Shown: in pieces, positions 30,751-47,239 of the stretch | Numbering within the stretch: position 1 is the stretch's first letter | Layout: every line of letters starts with the position of its first letter | DNA from: the human T2T-CHM13v2.0 reference genome, Homo sapiens | Direction: 5' to 3' (one strand) | NCBI RefSeq assembly: GCF_009914755.1 | Contig: NC_060936.1 | Length of the DNA: 64,000 bases | Notes under the pieces: model-generated | What the model was told of the DNA's origin: nothing | Databases searched by the model: none | Seen by the model: only the letters and a program-made list of their open reading frames with translations | Position numbers and translations under genes: made by a program

Positions 30751-32048
30751 ATAATTTTTAAGGGAATATTCTGATATATCAAATCCTGGGAACAAAGGCC
30801 ATGCATACTTCTAGTTTGTCATTCAACATTTTATTCACCAAATATTTAATAGGTATGCCCCAGGTATCCAGAATTTTGTTAGCCTTTGAAGCAAACCTCA
30901 TAGATATATTCTTACCCTCATGGAGCTCACAGGTTATGTCATCCTTTTTACTCAATTAAGTATGTCATCCTGCTCACTACCTTTTCTGCTAGTATGAATT
31001 TATCCTTCCTATTCCAGTCTTCTCTTCCTAACTCTAAGACAAATAGGACCAATATTTGGGGAGGACGAGACAATAACAGCATTCATTTTAACAAGGAACC
31101 TTTGTAACACAATTTGTTAGCATTAAACACCTACTAAGATGATGATTTAAAGTTTATTTATTAGGCTTATGTCCCCTAACCTGAGTTGCCTGGGAAAATA
31201 TTGCAATAGCCCAGGCATGAGTTAAATTTGTTTAGGCAACGAATCTCCTTTGAGTAGGGATTAGTGGTTGCATAAATATATCCCCAAGAAACAGCTGATT
31301 CCTGATTGCTGAAAAGTGAAAGTTTTATTTGCTGCAAGTGCTAAATGACTTAGCATACTCAGAAGTGCGAACTGCTTAGACTATCCATCTCTATAGATAG
31401 GAGTCTGCTTCCACCTACTGGCTGGAGAATCTCACAATTATCAATACTATACAGGTAATTATGTGAATCTTCATATTTGTTTCTGATTTGTAGGCATAAT
31501 GTCAACTCTTTTCCATGTAAGCCTTCTCCTTTACTCCAAAACCTACCACATCTCTGTATGTCTAGCCTCTGGGATCAGTGATAAAACTAGCCAGAATGTT
31601 GTGTTATAAAAAATATTAAGAAGCTACAGATATTCAAGGTATCTGAGAGGACATCAGAAGGCTTAACAAAGTTCATAGCACACAGAATACATGGATAGAG
31701 GCCTGAGGAAAATGGGCAGGGTGATCCAAGAAAGTATGGTCACAACTGGAATTTCACAAGACACTTGATTATCAGGAGTTGAGGACAGGAGTATGCTGTT
31801 GTCCAAAGAAAACCTAGGTAATAGTGCCTGGTCTTGGTTATTTCATGTGGAAGCAGATGATTTCCTAATTCTCTAGGAAAGTTGAAATTTCCAGAAAAGA
31901 ACTATTTTTTTGCTGCATATTGAGCAAATATCTTAAAACTGAGCATTAATTTGGATTTCTATTAGAGAAAACCAACGTCATGCTGGTGCTATTCAAGGGA
32001 TACACATGTTCTTGCCATTTGAGTATAACAAAAAGTATTCTGAGTTTG

Positions 32049-32364
32049 TGCCCTAGAGAAGTAGTAAGAGATGAGTGATGAAAACTCTGTATCATATGAA
32101 ATATATTAGAGAACTCTATCACTGATTCTAGCATGAATGTGGTCTATAATCAAATAAATGCAAAATAAAACAATAGTAGATTCCATTTTGCAACCAATTT
32201 TTCAAGTGCCCTAGAGAAGTAGAAAGAGATGAGTGATGAAAACTCTGTGTCATATGAAATATACTAGAGAACTCTATCACTGGTTCTAGCATGAATGTGG
32301 TCTATAATCAAATAAATGCAAAATAAAACAATAGTAGATTCTATTTTGCAACTAATTTTTCAAG
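32049..32364. repeat. Tandem duplication, 2 x 158 bp
   Basis: Units 32049-32206 and 32207-32364; 6 substitutions by manual comparison. Confidence 0.92.
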
Positions 32365-32899
32365 ATAGAAAAATATATGACTAGTAGATATGAATTAAGA
32401 GGTGCCATTTGTATAAAAAACTATTATTGATAAAATCTTTCTGGAATGCAATTTGAAAAGCAAATTTTAAAAAATTGTATGCTCTTTGAATCAGTAATTT
32501 TGGTTTTAAGACAGTTTACTGTAGAAGTAATCCCAGATGTATTGAAGTAATTGCATAAAAGATACTCATGATGGTATTGTATATAATTTGAAAAAGACTG
32601 TTATAACAGCTACACTGTATTGAATGATCATAATGTTTTTGACATTGTGCTTGGTGACTGACCCTGAAAGGAGGACATGAAGGAGAGAGAAAACAAAAGA
32701 CAGGAAAGAAATAATATGAGAGAAAGAAATAATAGAGCATTGCCTAGTCCCTCTATTTCCTAACAGCGTAGTGACTTGGTATTTCAGAACTTGAAAAAAT
32801 GTAGGTGAAAGGTGAAAGACTTAGAAATGGTTTAAGTGAAATTTTGTGGGATCCTCAGGGAAGAAAATGCTCTACCACCTCAGCCATGGTGAAATTGAT

Positions 32900-33120
32900 A
32901 GCCGGAAGTTATGCTGTGCTACATGGTAGTCACTAGCTACAAGTGGCTATTTAAATCTAAACTAAATAAAAAATGAAACTAAAAATTGAGTTTCTTGGTC
33001 ACACTAGACATATTTGAAGTGCTTAATAGCTACATGAAACTAGTTGCTACTGCATTTAAGAATACACTGATATTACATTTTCATCATCTCTGAAAGTGCT
33101 ATGCCCAGCACTGCTCTAAA
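32900..33120. mobile_element. MER3/MER33-like hAT-Charlie DNA transposon remnant
   Basis: ggtagtcactagctacaagtggctattt...gtgcttaatagctacatg...cagcactgctcta. Confidence 0.6.
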
Positions 33121-33399
33121 GACACAATAGAGACAGCCTTGAGTAGAATTACTATGCCTTGTTGCTCAATGGAAAAATTTTACTCCTCTATTTTACTTCA
33201 ATCAACCTATCCTGTAGACACTTTTTGGTATTTGTCATCACTCGAAACTACTCCAAAATAATACATTTAGATTTCTGCTGTCCTTCATCTTATTTTCAGT
33301 TAATCTTAGTATGCTCTTCCTTCTAATTCATGGGACCTCCAGTCTATTGAGCCCTTCATTCTCTTTCTATTCATTAAGATATTCATATTCAATAAACAT

Positions 33400-35400
33400 A
33401 TAATGAAGTATGATGATTCTGTAGTAGTTTTTGGTAGATACCCTTTATCACATTAAGAAAGTTTTTTTTTTTAATTTGGGGTACATGTAATAATTTAATA
33501 TATTCATTTGATTTGTACAGGTAAAATCAGTATAATTAGAATATGCATCACCTTAAATACTTTTCTTTATGCTAGAATAGTCTCTTCTATTTTGAAATAT
33601 AAAACAGATTATTGTAGATTATAGTCACTCTACAGATCTATCAAACACAAGGCCTTATTTCTTCTATCAAAGTATACATTTCTACCCATTAACCAACCTC
33701 TCTTTATCTCCTACTTCCCCATACACTTCCTAGAAGTTCTTTTCTATTTATAGTTTGCAATTGTTTTCATCATGAGTAGTTAAATTTTATCAAATATTCT
33801 TTGTACAACTTTTGAGATAATGTAAGTATAAGGTTTTCCCATTATTCTGCTGATACAGTGAATTATATTGATTTTTAAATGTTAATTCTTTCATTCACCA
33901 TTTTAAAAAGCAAGTGAACAAAAACTTAACCACAAAACTGAAAGAAAGAGTACTTTCTTAATCTGAATGTACAAAACCCTATAGCTAGCATCATACTTCA
34001 TTATGGAAGACTGAAAACTTTTTCCCTTAAGTTTGGGAACAAGGCAAGGAAGTCTGCTCTCATCACTTCTATTTTGAGATATGGTAGTCTGGAGATGGCA
34101 CTGGTGGTTCTGGACAGTACAGCAAGTCAAGGAGTAAAACATATCCAAATTACAAAGAAAGAAGGGCAACTCTTTTTATACAACGTGATAATCTACCTTA
34201 AAAGTAGATTAAAAGTAGAAATACTTACAGGATCTGATTCCAAGACTTATTATCAAGCCACAGTAATGAAAATAGAATAATATTGACATAAAATTGAACA
34301 TAGTAGTAAATGGAACAGAATAGAGAGTCTGGGACAAGATCAAAACATTTATGTTTAATGGATTTTTACAAAAATACCAAGTCAAGTTTAACAAATGATG
34401 CTGAAAAAATTGGATGGCAATAGACAAAATAAAAAACCTTGGCCCTTACCTTATGTCTTCTACCAAAATTAACTCAAAATGGAGCATAAATGTAATAAGT
34501 AAAATATAAAACCTCTAAAACAACATGGGAAAATCATATTCACTTTCATTTTGGCAGTGCAAACCCTATCTGAAAACCCTCTTACATAGAATACAAAAGG
34601 GAAACTGTAAAGATAAAATTTATAAGTTGGACTTACTCAAAATTTTAAACATTTGCTTTTGAAAATATTTGCAAACATATATTCAACAAACATCTTGTTT
34701 GAAGACATATAAAAAACACAGCTCAATAATAAGACAAACATACCGATTAAAACTGGGCAAAACTGGCCAGGTGCGGTGGCTCTCGCCGGTAATCCCAGCA
34801 CTTTGGGAGGCCAAGGCGGGCAGATCACGAGGTCTGGAGGTCAAGTCCATCCTGGCTAACACAGTGAAACCCTGTCTCTACTAAAAATACAAAAAATTAG
34901 CCGGGTGTGGTAGTGGGCACCTGTAGTCTCAGCTACTCGGGAGGCTGAGGTAGGAAAATGGTGTGAACCCGGGAGGTGGAGCTTGCAGTGAGCGGAGATC
35001 ATGCCACTTCACTCCAGCCTGGGTGAGAGCGAGACTCCATCTCAAAAACAAACTAAAAAAAAAAATACTAATCGGCATTGAAGGGAATAAGTATCATATC
35101 TACGACAATATGGTTGAACCTGAAAGTAATTAAGTTGAGTCAAGTAGAAAGGAGTACCTATTGTTTGACGTATCTTAATATAAAATTCTTTAAAATGTAA
35201 ATTAATCTATAGCGACAAAAGCAGTTCAGTGATAGGGTCTGAGGTGGGCAGTGGTAGGAAGGGACAGAAGAAAACTTCTGGGATGACCATTATCTTCAGT
35301 ATCTTTGTTTCATGGCTGAATGCATATGTCAAAATTCATTTAATGATATACATTATGTATGTGCATTTTACTGCATATAAATTGTTCTTCCATGAAATTG
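33400..35400. mobile_element. Cluster of old L1M fragments in both orientations
   Basis: ORF2-like ggaacaaggcaagga..., tggaacagaatagagagtc and 3' end motifs. Confidence 0.55.
34765..35064 (+). repeat. AluY-like element
   Basis: Alu dimer with A tail. Confidence 0.92.
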
Positions 35401-35579
35401 TTAATTTTTTTCTAAAACTTTATCTGTACTTGCATATCCTTTGGAAAGCCTTCTCATTTCTGTGAGAGAATGCATGTCTCACATTGAAGACCACATGGCT
35501 AAAGTATTAAAGTATAAGAAGCAAGGAGAGATGCTAATCTTTCCGTGTGTCAGACATGTTCAGGATCCATACAGCTGGC

Positions 35580-37580
35580 ATAATTGACTCATTGATTCAA
35601 AATGTCTATTGTTTCAATAATATAACAAGCACTATACCAGAAAATGATGGAACAAAAAAGATGAAGTTCCTGCCATTTTGTGGCTTATATTTACTGGGGA
35701 AAAGACAATATACAAACATATTTTATAAAATCATGTAATTTTAAGAGATATGGAGTAGGCAATAGGGCGAGACATTAAAGAATTACAAGTGTTACATTTT
35801 TATATAGGTCAGGGAAAGCATCTGCAAGGCAGCAATGGTTAAGCAGAAAAATAATTGAAATGAAAAATGGACATCTGGAGGCAAAATCGTCCTTCTAGAA
35901 GGAAAAAGAAGTGACAAGGACTTGAGGCAGGTATATAAATGAAATGTTTATGGAATATCAAGGAAGCCTGTTGCTGTATAGTAATGGCTGAGTAGGAAAT
36001 ATTTGTAGAAAATATTATCAGAGGGATAACCAGGGAAAAGATTCTGTAGATTCTTGTGGGATGTAGAAAGGACTAGGGTATTTATTTTAAGTGAGCTAGG
36101 AAGCCATTGGAAGATTTTGAATAGGATTTTCTTGGAGAATTTCTTAACGTGGTATGCATCAGTGTTATGTCCGACTCTCTAAGCAAAATGAATTGACTGT
36201 TTTCAACTTTTTAATATCATGACCATTGATGACTGGGTAACTGTGTCATTATACAATTACAGCCAACTTCCTTACCATTTTAAATACTATTCCAGATAAA
36301 ATCTTGGTTTCAACATCACTTAGTTGCTATACGTTGTTTAAAATGGAAATTTCATTTATACATTCCTTTTAAAATATTTATTGTGTATCTGCTAGGGAAT
36401 AGATATTATTCTAGACACAGAGGATACAGCAATGAACAAAAAAGAGAAAAACGCATCCTTGCACTTCTAGAGCTTACTCAGTAGTTTAAATTTATAGCTG
36501 CTGAGGCAAATGAAGGGTAACAAACAAAATATGTGAGCGAAAATCATAGACTGATGAATAATGAGAAAATTTAAGTAGCAAAAAAGGTATATTGAGTGTC
36601 AGAGGGAGTAATAAAAAAAAATGGTCACAGAAGTCCTCACTGAGAAAGTGTCATTTTTTGTGGGTACTAGAACATGGTGAGGGAGTATGCAGTTGTTGGG
36701 AAAGTACATTTCAGACAGAAAGAACAACAGGATCAAAGATGCTTAGTATTGGAGGTATACTTTATAGGGCCTTCAGGTTGTTCTTTAGATTTTATGCTGG
36801 GCGATGTGGGTAGCCACTGGTGGGGAGGGGGTGGGCATCTGAGCAAAGCAGTGACATCATATGACTTGTTTTCACAGGATGACCCTGACTGCTGTTTTCA
36901 GATTTACACAGGGGAATGAGGTTGGGGAAGCGGGGCTGTGAGTGGTCAGGAGACAAGCTGAGGTACAAGTTTGAGCGTATTGCAATAATTCAGACCAGGG
37001 TAAAACTTGTGGAGGTGTTGAAAAGTAGTCAGATTCTGGGTATGATTTGAAATTCGAGCCTGATATGAGCATGACCAACAGAGGAATAGGAATTATTTCA
37101 ATATTTTGCATGTGTATGTACAACTGGAAGGATAGAATTGCCTTTCCTAAAGTAGGGATACTCCAGGAGAGGTCTGAGAAAGGAAGATGAGGATATCTGT
37201 TCAGAAAATGTTAAGTATGAGATACCTATTACAGATATACAGGGAACTGGTGAGGTGACGAGATAAATCTAAAGTTCAGGAGTAAGGCTTTGGCCACAGA
37301 TACAAATTTTGAAATTATCAATATAGAGATCGTATTTTAAGACATGAGACTAGACGAGGTCCATACACATACACGTAAAAGTTGAATACTGAAATGCTTC
37401 AATTAAGAAGCCTAAGAAATGTAAAAAAAAAAAAAAAATTAGTAAATGACATGTAAATGGAGAGGTCAGTGAAAGTTACAAGACAAACCACAAAGAATAG
37501 TGTCCTGGAAAGTATTGCCAGCGGAGGGAATCCTCAGCTCTGAAAAATGCTGTGAATAGTTCAAGTCAGATGAGGATCAT
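35580..37580 (-). repeat. L2 LINE fragments
   Basis: L2-typical stretches (aagccattggaagattttga; cagattctgggtatgatttga; tgttaagtatgagatacct). Confidence 0.5.
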
Positions 37581-38894
37581 TACGTGTCACATTCAGGTAA
37601 TTTATGACTTAGGAGGAGTAATACTATTAGGAAATTGGGGGCAAAATCCTGATAGGTGTGTGCTCAAGAGAGAATGCAAGGAGAGAGACTGAAAACAAGA
37701 ATTATAAATCAGCCTTTTTTTTCTGGAAAAATGGCACAAATTGGGCAATATCAATATAAAAAGTGGAACCCAAAGAGAGATCTTGAAAGATGGGAAAATG
37801 AAAGCATGCTAACCTCCTGCTGGGGATATTTCTTTAGAAAGGGGAAAGTGATATCCTTGCTAGCACAAGGAAAGAAGGCAATCTGATACAGAAGTGTAGG
37901 TTGGCCTTAGCTTACACATGGACAGTTCTGGTACTAGTGCTTTTCCTGTACAGACGGGGTCCAGGAAGCTTTTGGCAAGTTTCTTCTTCATTTTTTTTGC
38001 CAGTGAAATAGGTCATCAGCTGAAGGTGGAGAGAGGAAACTACATGTTAGAATTTTGAGGAGAGAGATGAAGGTACAAAACAGTTACTCAGAAAACGAAT
38101 GACATGGATTAGAAAAAAACTGTGACCTCTAAGCAAAATAAAAGGTCCATTTTGGCTTTATGATAATAAATTTAAAGTCAGCATGGTTGCTGAATTTTCT
38201 TCAGCTCCATCAGCTCCATGGGTGGACAGGCAGAAACAAATAAACAGTGAAATCTGTGGCAAAGTTAACCTATGGATCATAGATACTAGTCAGTGAAAGC
38301 TTTGTTGTATCCAGGGTACTACTGAGTGTGAGCTAGAAAAATAGGCAGTGGTGCTCCATTCCTTGAAACTGATATTAAGGAGGGCTTGCTGTTATTGATG
38401 TGGTGATGTCTATGATATGTCCATAGGAGTGAGGAGAATGCAAGATCATTGGAGAAAAGAGGGTTAAAAGAAAACCAAGAAGCTAGAGAATTAAAACAAC
38501 TATTTTCATGATCGTTGAAATCACCAATAATTAAAACAGAAGTAGTATTTTGACAGATTTCCTTTGACCCAAGCACTAAAATTGTTGTGAAGGGTGTGGG
38601 AGTGACTGAGGGTTTGTGCATGATCTCAAGAATAATAAATGGTAGAGTCTTTTGATATGAGATTCAAAACTATAAATTCTGAGGGTAAAGGGTAGGAAAA
38701 TGAGAACAAAGTAGTAAAGTAAGGCAAACAGGAAACCAGTCCATCTGGTTTGGAGCAATATGGAAGATAAAGCAACCCACATTGATCACGGCTGCAGAAG
38801 AGACAGGAAGGGCCAAGTTATAGCTAGAAAAAAAAGAGAAACAGAAAAATTCTTACAAGAGGCTGAAAGTATGGAGAATTTCATTTATTATTAG

Positions 38895-40770
<1,876 letters not shown>

Positions 40771-42101
40771 CTACCTTCTTATGGTGGTGACTGACATTAA
40801 GAGAGAGAATTGCCATAAGATTAGTCATAATGATACCAGAGCTTTGACCCTTAGTGGGTATGGAGACATGGGGGTTCTTTCCAGGGAGTGCAGCTTTCTG
40901 TAATTACGTCTTGACCAGCTAAGGAAGGTGGGGTGGGTAGGCAATGGCAGGTCTGCTTTGAGCCTGAAGTTTCCTTCTGGGAATACGCACCCAGTACCCA
41001 TCTGAGAACTCAGACTAAAGACTATTAGGAAAAATTGCTGGGGACGTGTTTCAGAGACTTGACTTTTACTCTTGTAATATGAATTAACTGCTTTAAAAAT
41101 GGACAATATGCAAATGCCATACAATGACTCTATTTAGGTATGGAATCTATAATGTGCCAGGTACTGGGTGAGGCAGTTTACACAGAGCAAATCTTTATTA
41201 CAACTATAGCCTTCCCACTTAATGGATGAAAGCATAGATACTTAGAATGGTGAAACAACTTAGGAAATTTATACTGCTGTCAAGTAGCAGAGACATTGGT
41301 ATCAAAGTTTATCAAACTTCAAAGCCCATAATATTTCATCAGAACTGTGATGATTATTGCGGCAACAAACAGCAGATTGTTTTAAGCAAATTTGGAGTTG
41401 TATTGATCCACAGCTGTTAGCATAATATTTATCTTGAAAAAAAGTGTTGCAATGTGTTTCCTCTGACCACTCTTATTTTTTCCACAAGTCCCACAAAAAG
41501 GGAAGTCTAATTACTTACATAGGAAGAAAAAAGGGCACAGAGAATGCTCTTTGACTTCTGAAAACATTCCAGAATTTTACCACTGATAGCGTTAGTTTAG
41601 GGATTAGAAAGTTTCTCAGTGCATTTGTACTATTTTATCTTCATTCTATGCATGTATTTGTCCCAAATGAAATTGATGTGTCTTGAATGAAATGGATGTG
41701 TGAGGAGAAAACCATTAGCATGAGAATATCCAAACTGTCTTCCCATTCTGAATAAAAGAAAAGCCATAAAACTGATAATTAATGTTTAGTATCTCTGCTA
41801 TGATGGTTCTCAAAAGCTGACAGTATGTAAAAATTATTCTAAGTGCTTATTTAAAAAGCATAATCTCCGAACTCGTGAATCAGAATCTCTTGGGTGTGGG
41901 GCTGGATCGCACTTTTGACAAAGGCTCCCCAGTAGATTTTGACTCAACAGAGGGGTGTTTGGGAGCCTATATCTAATTTTCCCTGCCCCAGGTCTACACT
42001 TCAGTGTTCCCCACATTTTCTAATCCTTCTCTCCCTCCACACTCCGGTTCCTTTCATTATTCTAATACTTCCATGAATTAACCAGGTATAGAACTAATCT
42101 A

Positions 42102-42455
<354 letters not shown>

Positions 42456-43253
42456 TCAACAACTGTCCTGTCAGTGATAAGGGGTAACAATGTTTTCATA
42501 CATGCATTCTCTCTTTGCTATATACATACACACATACACATAAATACATATATACATACACTCATGCATGTGTGTGTATATATACATGTGAGAGAAGACT
42601 CCGTTTATTATTTATATTTTTATAGTACACTTCTAAAACACAGCCATGTGCCTGAGATATAGTAGGGAGTCAAATATGTTTGAGTTACTGAATTAATTAA
42701 TTTGACTTCATCCTTACTCAAGAAAAGTTTCAACTGAGTGAAGGTCTTCCATTCTCTAAAGAGCAAGTCAATAGAAGGAGATCATTCTTCCTTTACACAT
42801 TGATGTAAGGAATATATCATACAAACTAGTCTTGATTTTTGTCATTTAGAAGACTAGTCTTGTAATTAATTGGCAATTTAGTATTCCATGTGAGATATCC
42901 AGTGTCCATGTACGTCATATTAGATCCATACACATGTAACAAGCAAAGAGGGTATGTTTTATTTTTTGAATGCTAATGTAACATGTAGGGACATTTTAAA
43001 AAATCGCCTTGACATATTTTCTATTTGGAATAGTTTTAAATACTTTGGATAATGTGTTGTATTTGTATTTCTAAAGAAGAAAATCTTATGCAACCAACTT
43101 AATTGAATAAGAAATAAATCATTCCCAGAAATAATTTATTTTCTAATGTTAACATAATGTGTACATTCTGAGAAATTATTAATAAAATGTTTAAAAGATA
43201 GGCTTCTGGGGTGAACTCCTAGAATTAGCTAGGTATGTTTTTTCTGTTTGCCT

Positions 43254-43266
43254 AGGACAATGACCT
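43254..43266 (+). promoter_or_regulatory. SLCO1B3: FXR/RXR IR-1 bile-acid response element of the SLCO1B3 liver promoter
   Basis: AGGACA-A-TGACCT, about -82/-70 from the inferred TSS. Confidence 0.88.
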
Positions 43267-43274
43267 AATAAGAT

Positions 43275-43289
43275 GGTTAATCATCATTG
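43275..43289 (+). promoter_or_regulatory. SLCO1B3: HNF1 site
   Basis: GGTTAATCATCATTG resembles GTTAATNATTAAC; about -60. Confidence 0.8.
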
Positions 43290-43297
43290 GACTCATA

Positions 43298-43312
43298 AAA
43301 ACAAACAAATAA
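43298..43312 (-). promoter_or_regulatory. SLCO1B3: FOXA/HNF3 site
   Basis: AAACAAACAAATA (TATTTGTTTGTTT on minus) forkhead motif. Confidence 0.7.
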
Positions 43313-43335
43313 AAAGCCAACTAACCATTTAAAGT

Positions 43336-43396
43336 GAGACTTTAACATCAGAAAAAGGATGGACTTGTTGCAGTTGCTGTAGCATTCAAAGTCAAG
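43336..43396 (+). other. SLCO1B3: SLCO1B3 exon 1 (non-coding, liver-type); TSS approximate
   Basis: Matches my recall of the mRNA 5' end GAGACTTTAACATCAG...GTCAAG; donor AAG|GTAAGA. Confidence 0.85.
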
Positions 43397-44537
43397 GTAA
43401 GAACCGTCGAGGTTGTCTAATTAAAACATTTCTTTTATGTAAGAAATTTTAACAAATTTCAGTGAAAATGTTTTTGGTAGTTATGATAAATATTACAGAT
43501 TTTATGCTCTGTGTCTTCTCCACACTTTTGTTCTGAGCCCTTAAAGCCTTGTAAATATCCCTTCTAGAAATAGAAGAGCCTCAGATTTATATACTCAAAA
43601 ATAAGAGTAAATCATACCTTTATAAAGTGAAAAATAAAGTTTGGAGTCCTATTTCTATTGCTTTCTAAACAAATGAAACATGAAGTCTGAAAGGATGGAC
43701 TTCTAGTTACTCTCTTAAAATATACTATAAGATAATTATTTGTATAAACTGTATTGAATTACTATACCAGGCTCCCTATTTCTTTGATTTCACTTTAACT
43801 GGATAAGTAGGAGTGGGCGGGTGGAGGGGTGGAAAATATGTTTCAAAGTCACTTAATCACCTCACTTTCCTCCATTCAACTCGTTTGATTTAGGGTGAGG
43901 GGAAAGAGATTTTCTAGATAACTTTTTTATCTCTGTTCAAATAAGAGAAAAAAATCTTCTGGGCACAGCTCTTGGAAAGAATTAACAGCTCAATAAATAA
44001 TGGTCCCCTTCACCCATTCAGGAAGGTGGCTTCCCTGATAAGACAGTTATTTTTATTGTGAAAGTAAGGTGGGGATGCAGAAATTCTCTCCTCTGAACAA
44101 TCTAAGAAGTTAGGAAATGCTGTTTTCCCTTTTATCCTCCTCAGTTCCATAGGTACATGCTAGAAACTGGGTCACTTGGCCTGCACTGGTTTTCTATAAC
44201 CCCTTAAATATGAAAAGCTAAACAGAAATAAGCAGAGGCTGGTAAGATTCTGCCCTCTACTTCAGCCCAATCAAACTGTGAAGAACTGACCTGTTCTGTT
44301 CAGGGAAGAGTTGCAATGCTGCATACAAATGCCTGTGGCTCTGTCTATAAACATATTGTGTCCTCAACATTTATTTATGTCAATAATTTGGAACTCAGAA
44401 ATAATATGTTCAGAGCGAAATATATTAAACGCTTCTAAATAAGGCTTAAAATGCCACAATGAAGTAAAAAGTGTGGTATTTATTCAAGGCTAAATTGATA
44501 TTCAAGTTTTGTAGGTACTTTGTACTTACTTGATACA

Positions 44538-44838
<301 letters not shown>

Positions 44839-45911
44839 ACTTGATACAATTTAACCTTTCTGAGAGATGAGAAACCAAGTGCCCACATTTCTTATTTTTC
44901 TGGATGGGTATTTTATCTGAACATAAAAGAGAGAGGTGTGGAATAGTTGTCTTGGAAAGTAGGGGAAATAACAGAAAAAAGTAATGATTATTCGGGTATG
45001 TTCTCCAGTGGTACAGAAGGATGAGAGGATGAGAGAGTTTATTTCAACTAGAGGTAAATAGGGAAACATTAAAGTGGTGTGATTTGGAGCCGCATTACAG
45101 CCAAGAGATAGGGAAGGACATTCCAGGAATGGAAGACATATACATGAAGGTAGAGAGCTTTTCTGTTGGGACAGTGGTTCCATACATCTGCAAGTGCTTA
45201 TGGTTGTATTGGGAAATGGGACTAAAAACTTGGATTCATTTAGGCTGTGAAGACCCTCAAATAGGAAGTGTAAGTTTTATTTTTGTTGTAAGAGGGATCT
45301 TTGAATGATTCCAAGAATGGACATGATATGCATAGGAAAGAAAGCAAGCTGGAAGACAGGACAAGTAGAAATTAATCAATTGAAAGAAACAAGGCTTGAG
45401 TGGTGAGATAATAGTCTTCAAGCCTTCAAGAATATTTGTTTAGTATAAAGAAAAAGAAAACTCTAAAGCTGAAGGAAGACTATCTGCCTTGCAAGTCGTT
45501 CAAAAAGATTTGCAATTATAGAATTAATTGGTAAAAAATAAATATTTTCCAACTTTTAAATTATGAAGAAACAGAGATATTCGTGGAAAAAGTGGTGTAA
45601 ATTTATTAAGGGGCTGCTTATTACCTTGAGACCACCAAATTATTGATTTTTTTCCTCACTTTACCTACAAAACACATACAAAAAGTGGAATAATTGAACT
45701 TCTCTTAGAGATACATAGGTATGGGTTTCTCCATTCATGAGTGTATTTATATACACTCGCATATACATAAGTGATAATATCTTCAGATATTGATTTTTCC
45801 ATATTCATGCATTATCCACTAAATATGCATGATATATATTTATGGTTTTTATGCATTTATAATATAGAGAATCAATAAATCCTTGTTGAGTAAATTAATG
45901 CATAAAATATG

Positions 45912-46542
45912 CAGTAGATCTTCATTATTCACAGATTCTATATTAGAAAATTTGTCTAAACACTAAAATTTGTTTGTGACACCAAAATTAATACTGCTGG
46001 GCTTTTGTGATCATTGGCATGCATGAGCAGAGTGGTGAAAAATTTGAGTTGCTCTGTTTCCAGTTGAAGTGGAACAAAGTGAAGCTCTGCCTTCCTCTCT
46101 CAGCTCCCATACTATAAACTTCACAGTGCATTTATCGCCACATTGTTTCCATAGTTGTGCTTTGCGATGCTGAGTTTACTGTTTTAAATGGACTTCAAGC
46201 ATAGCCCTGAAGTGTTGTCCCGTTGTTCCCACCTCCTAGAGGGCTTGACAGAAGAGGTACATATGCTATGTAAGTTTCCCTCAGGCATGAACTACAGTGC
46301 TATTGGCCACTAATTCAATGTTAATGAATCAACAGTATATACTAAGGTGTCTTTAAACAAAAACATACATAAAACATTATGTATTAAGTTATGTATTGAT
46401 CCGTTGATTAAAATATTGTGACCAAAGCCACACAGTCACCTAACACTGTATCTCTTCTAGGAATGATGGATTAATATTTGCAAATTCAGTGTTCCCAGCA
46501 ACTTTATGGAACATAATTATTGCAAAACGTGAGAATCAATTG
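45912..46542 (+). mobile_element. TcMar-Tigger non-autonomous DNA transposon (MER82-like)
   Basis: Imperfect TIRs cagtagatcttca.../...tgagaatcaattg followed by TA; relic transposase HTH peptide GMNYSAIGH*FNVNESTVY. Confidence 0.72.
46155..46269 (+). other. SLCO1B3: SLCO1B3 alternative 5'UTR exon (115 nt), transposon-derived
   Basis: Acceptor gtttccatag|TTG and donor TAT|gtaagt; length and position fit my recall of the c.-180..-66 exon. Confidence 0.72.
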
Positions 46543-47239
46543 TACATATAACCTATATCATACATATTATATAATCAGTATCCTATTACAAATCGGATGC
46601 TTATATAGATAACATTGATATTTACATACTTAGATATTTACATATCTAAGGTATCTATATGAGCAGCTACATAGCAAGTATCTACATAGCATGTATCCAC
46701 ATATATATGCTATATACATAACATATACCTATATCTATGTTATGTGTCTGCTTATATACTTTATATACATAAATATGTGTTATGCATATATGTATGAACA
46801 AGAATACATCTCTAAACCTTATAAATATTCCACTGTTCTATATAAAAGAGTCAACTGACGTAAAAAGTTGACTCATTTTACTGGTCTTTAAAATAGGGGC
46901 TTAATAACTCTGAAACTTATGATTTCTCATATACTTTGACTTCAAAACTTCACTTGTAGGAATTTATCCTACAGATATGGCCACACAGAAAATGACATAT
47001 AACATATTAAGAACATTTTCTAATATGAAATAATTAGATATAAGCTAAATAGTTAACGATATAGAACTAGTTACATATATTATGAACAACAGAATACCCT
47101 GCTACCATAAGCAAAATGAGGACTTTTATTAATATAAAGTATATACAGAAGATAAAAAGGTAGAGTGCAGTAATACTGGTATGCTTACATTTATATTAAA
47201 AGAGAAAATATTATGTATTTAATTAAAAATGCATATTAA

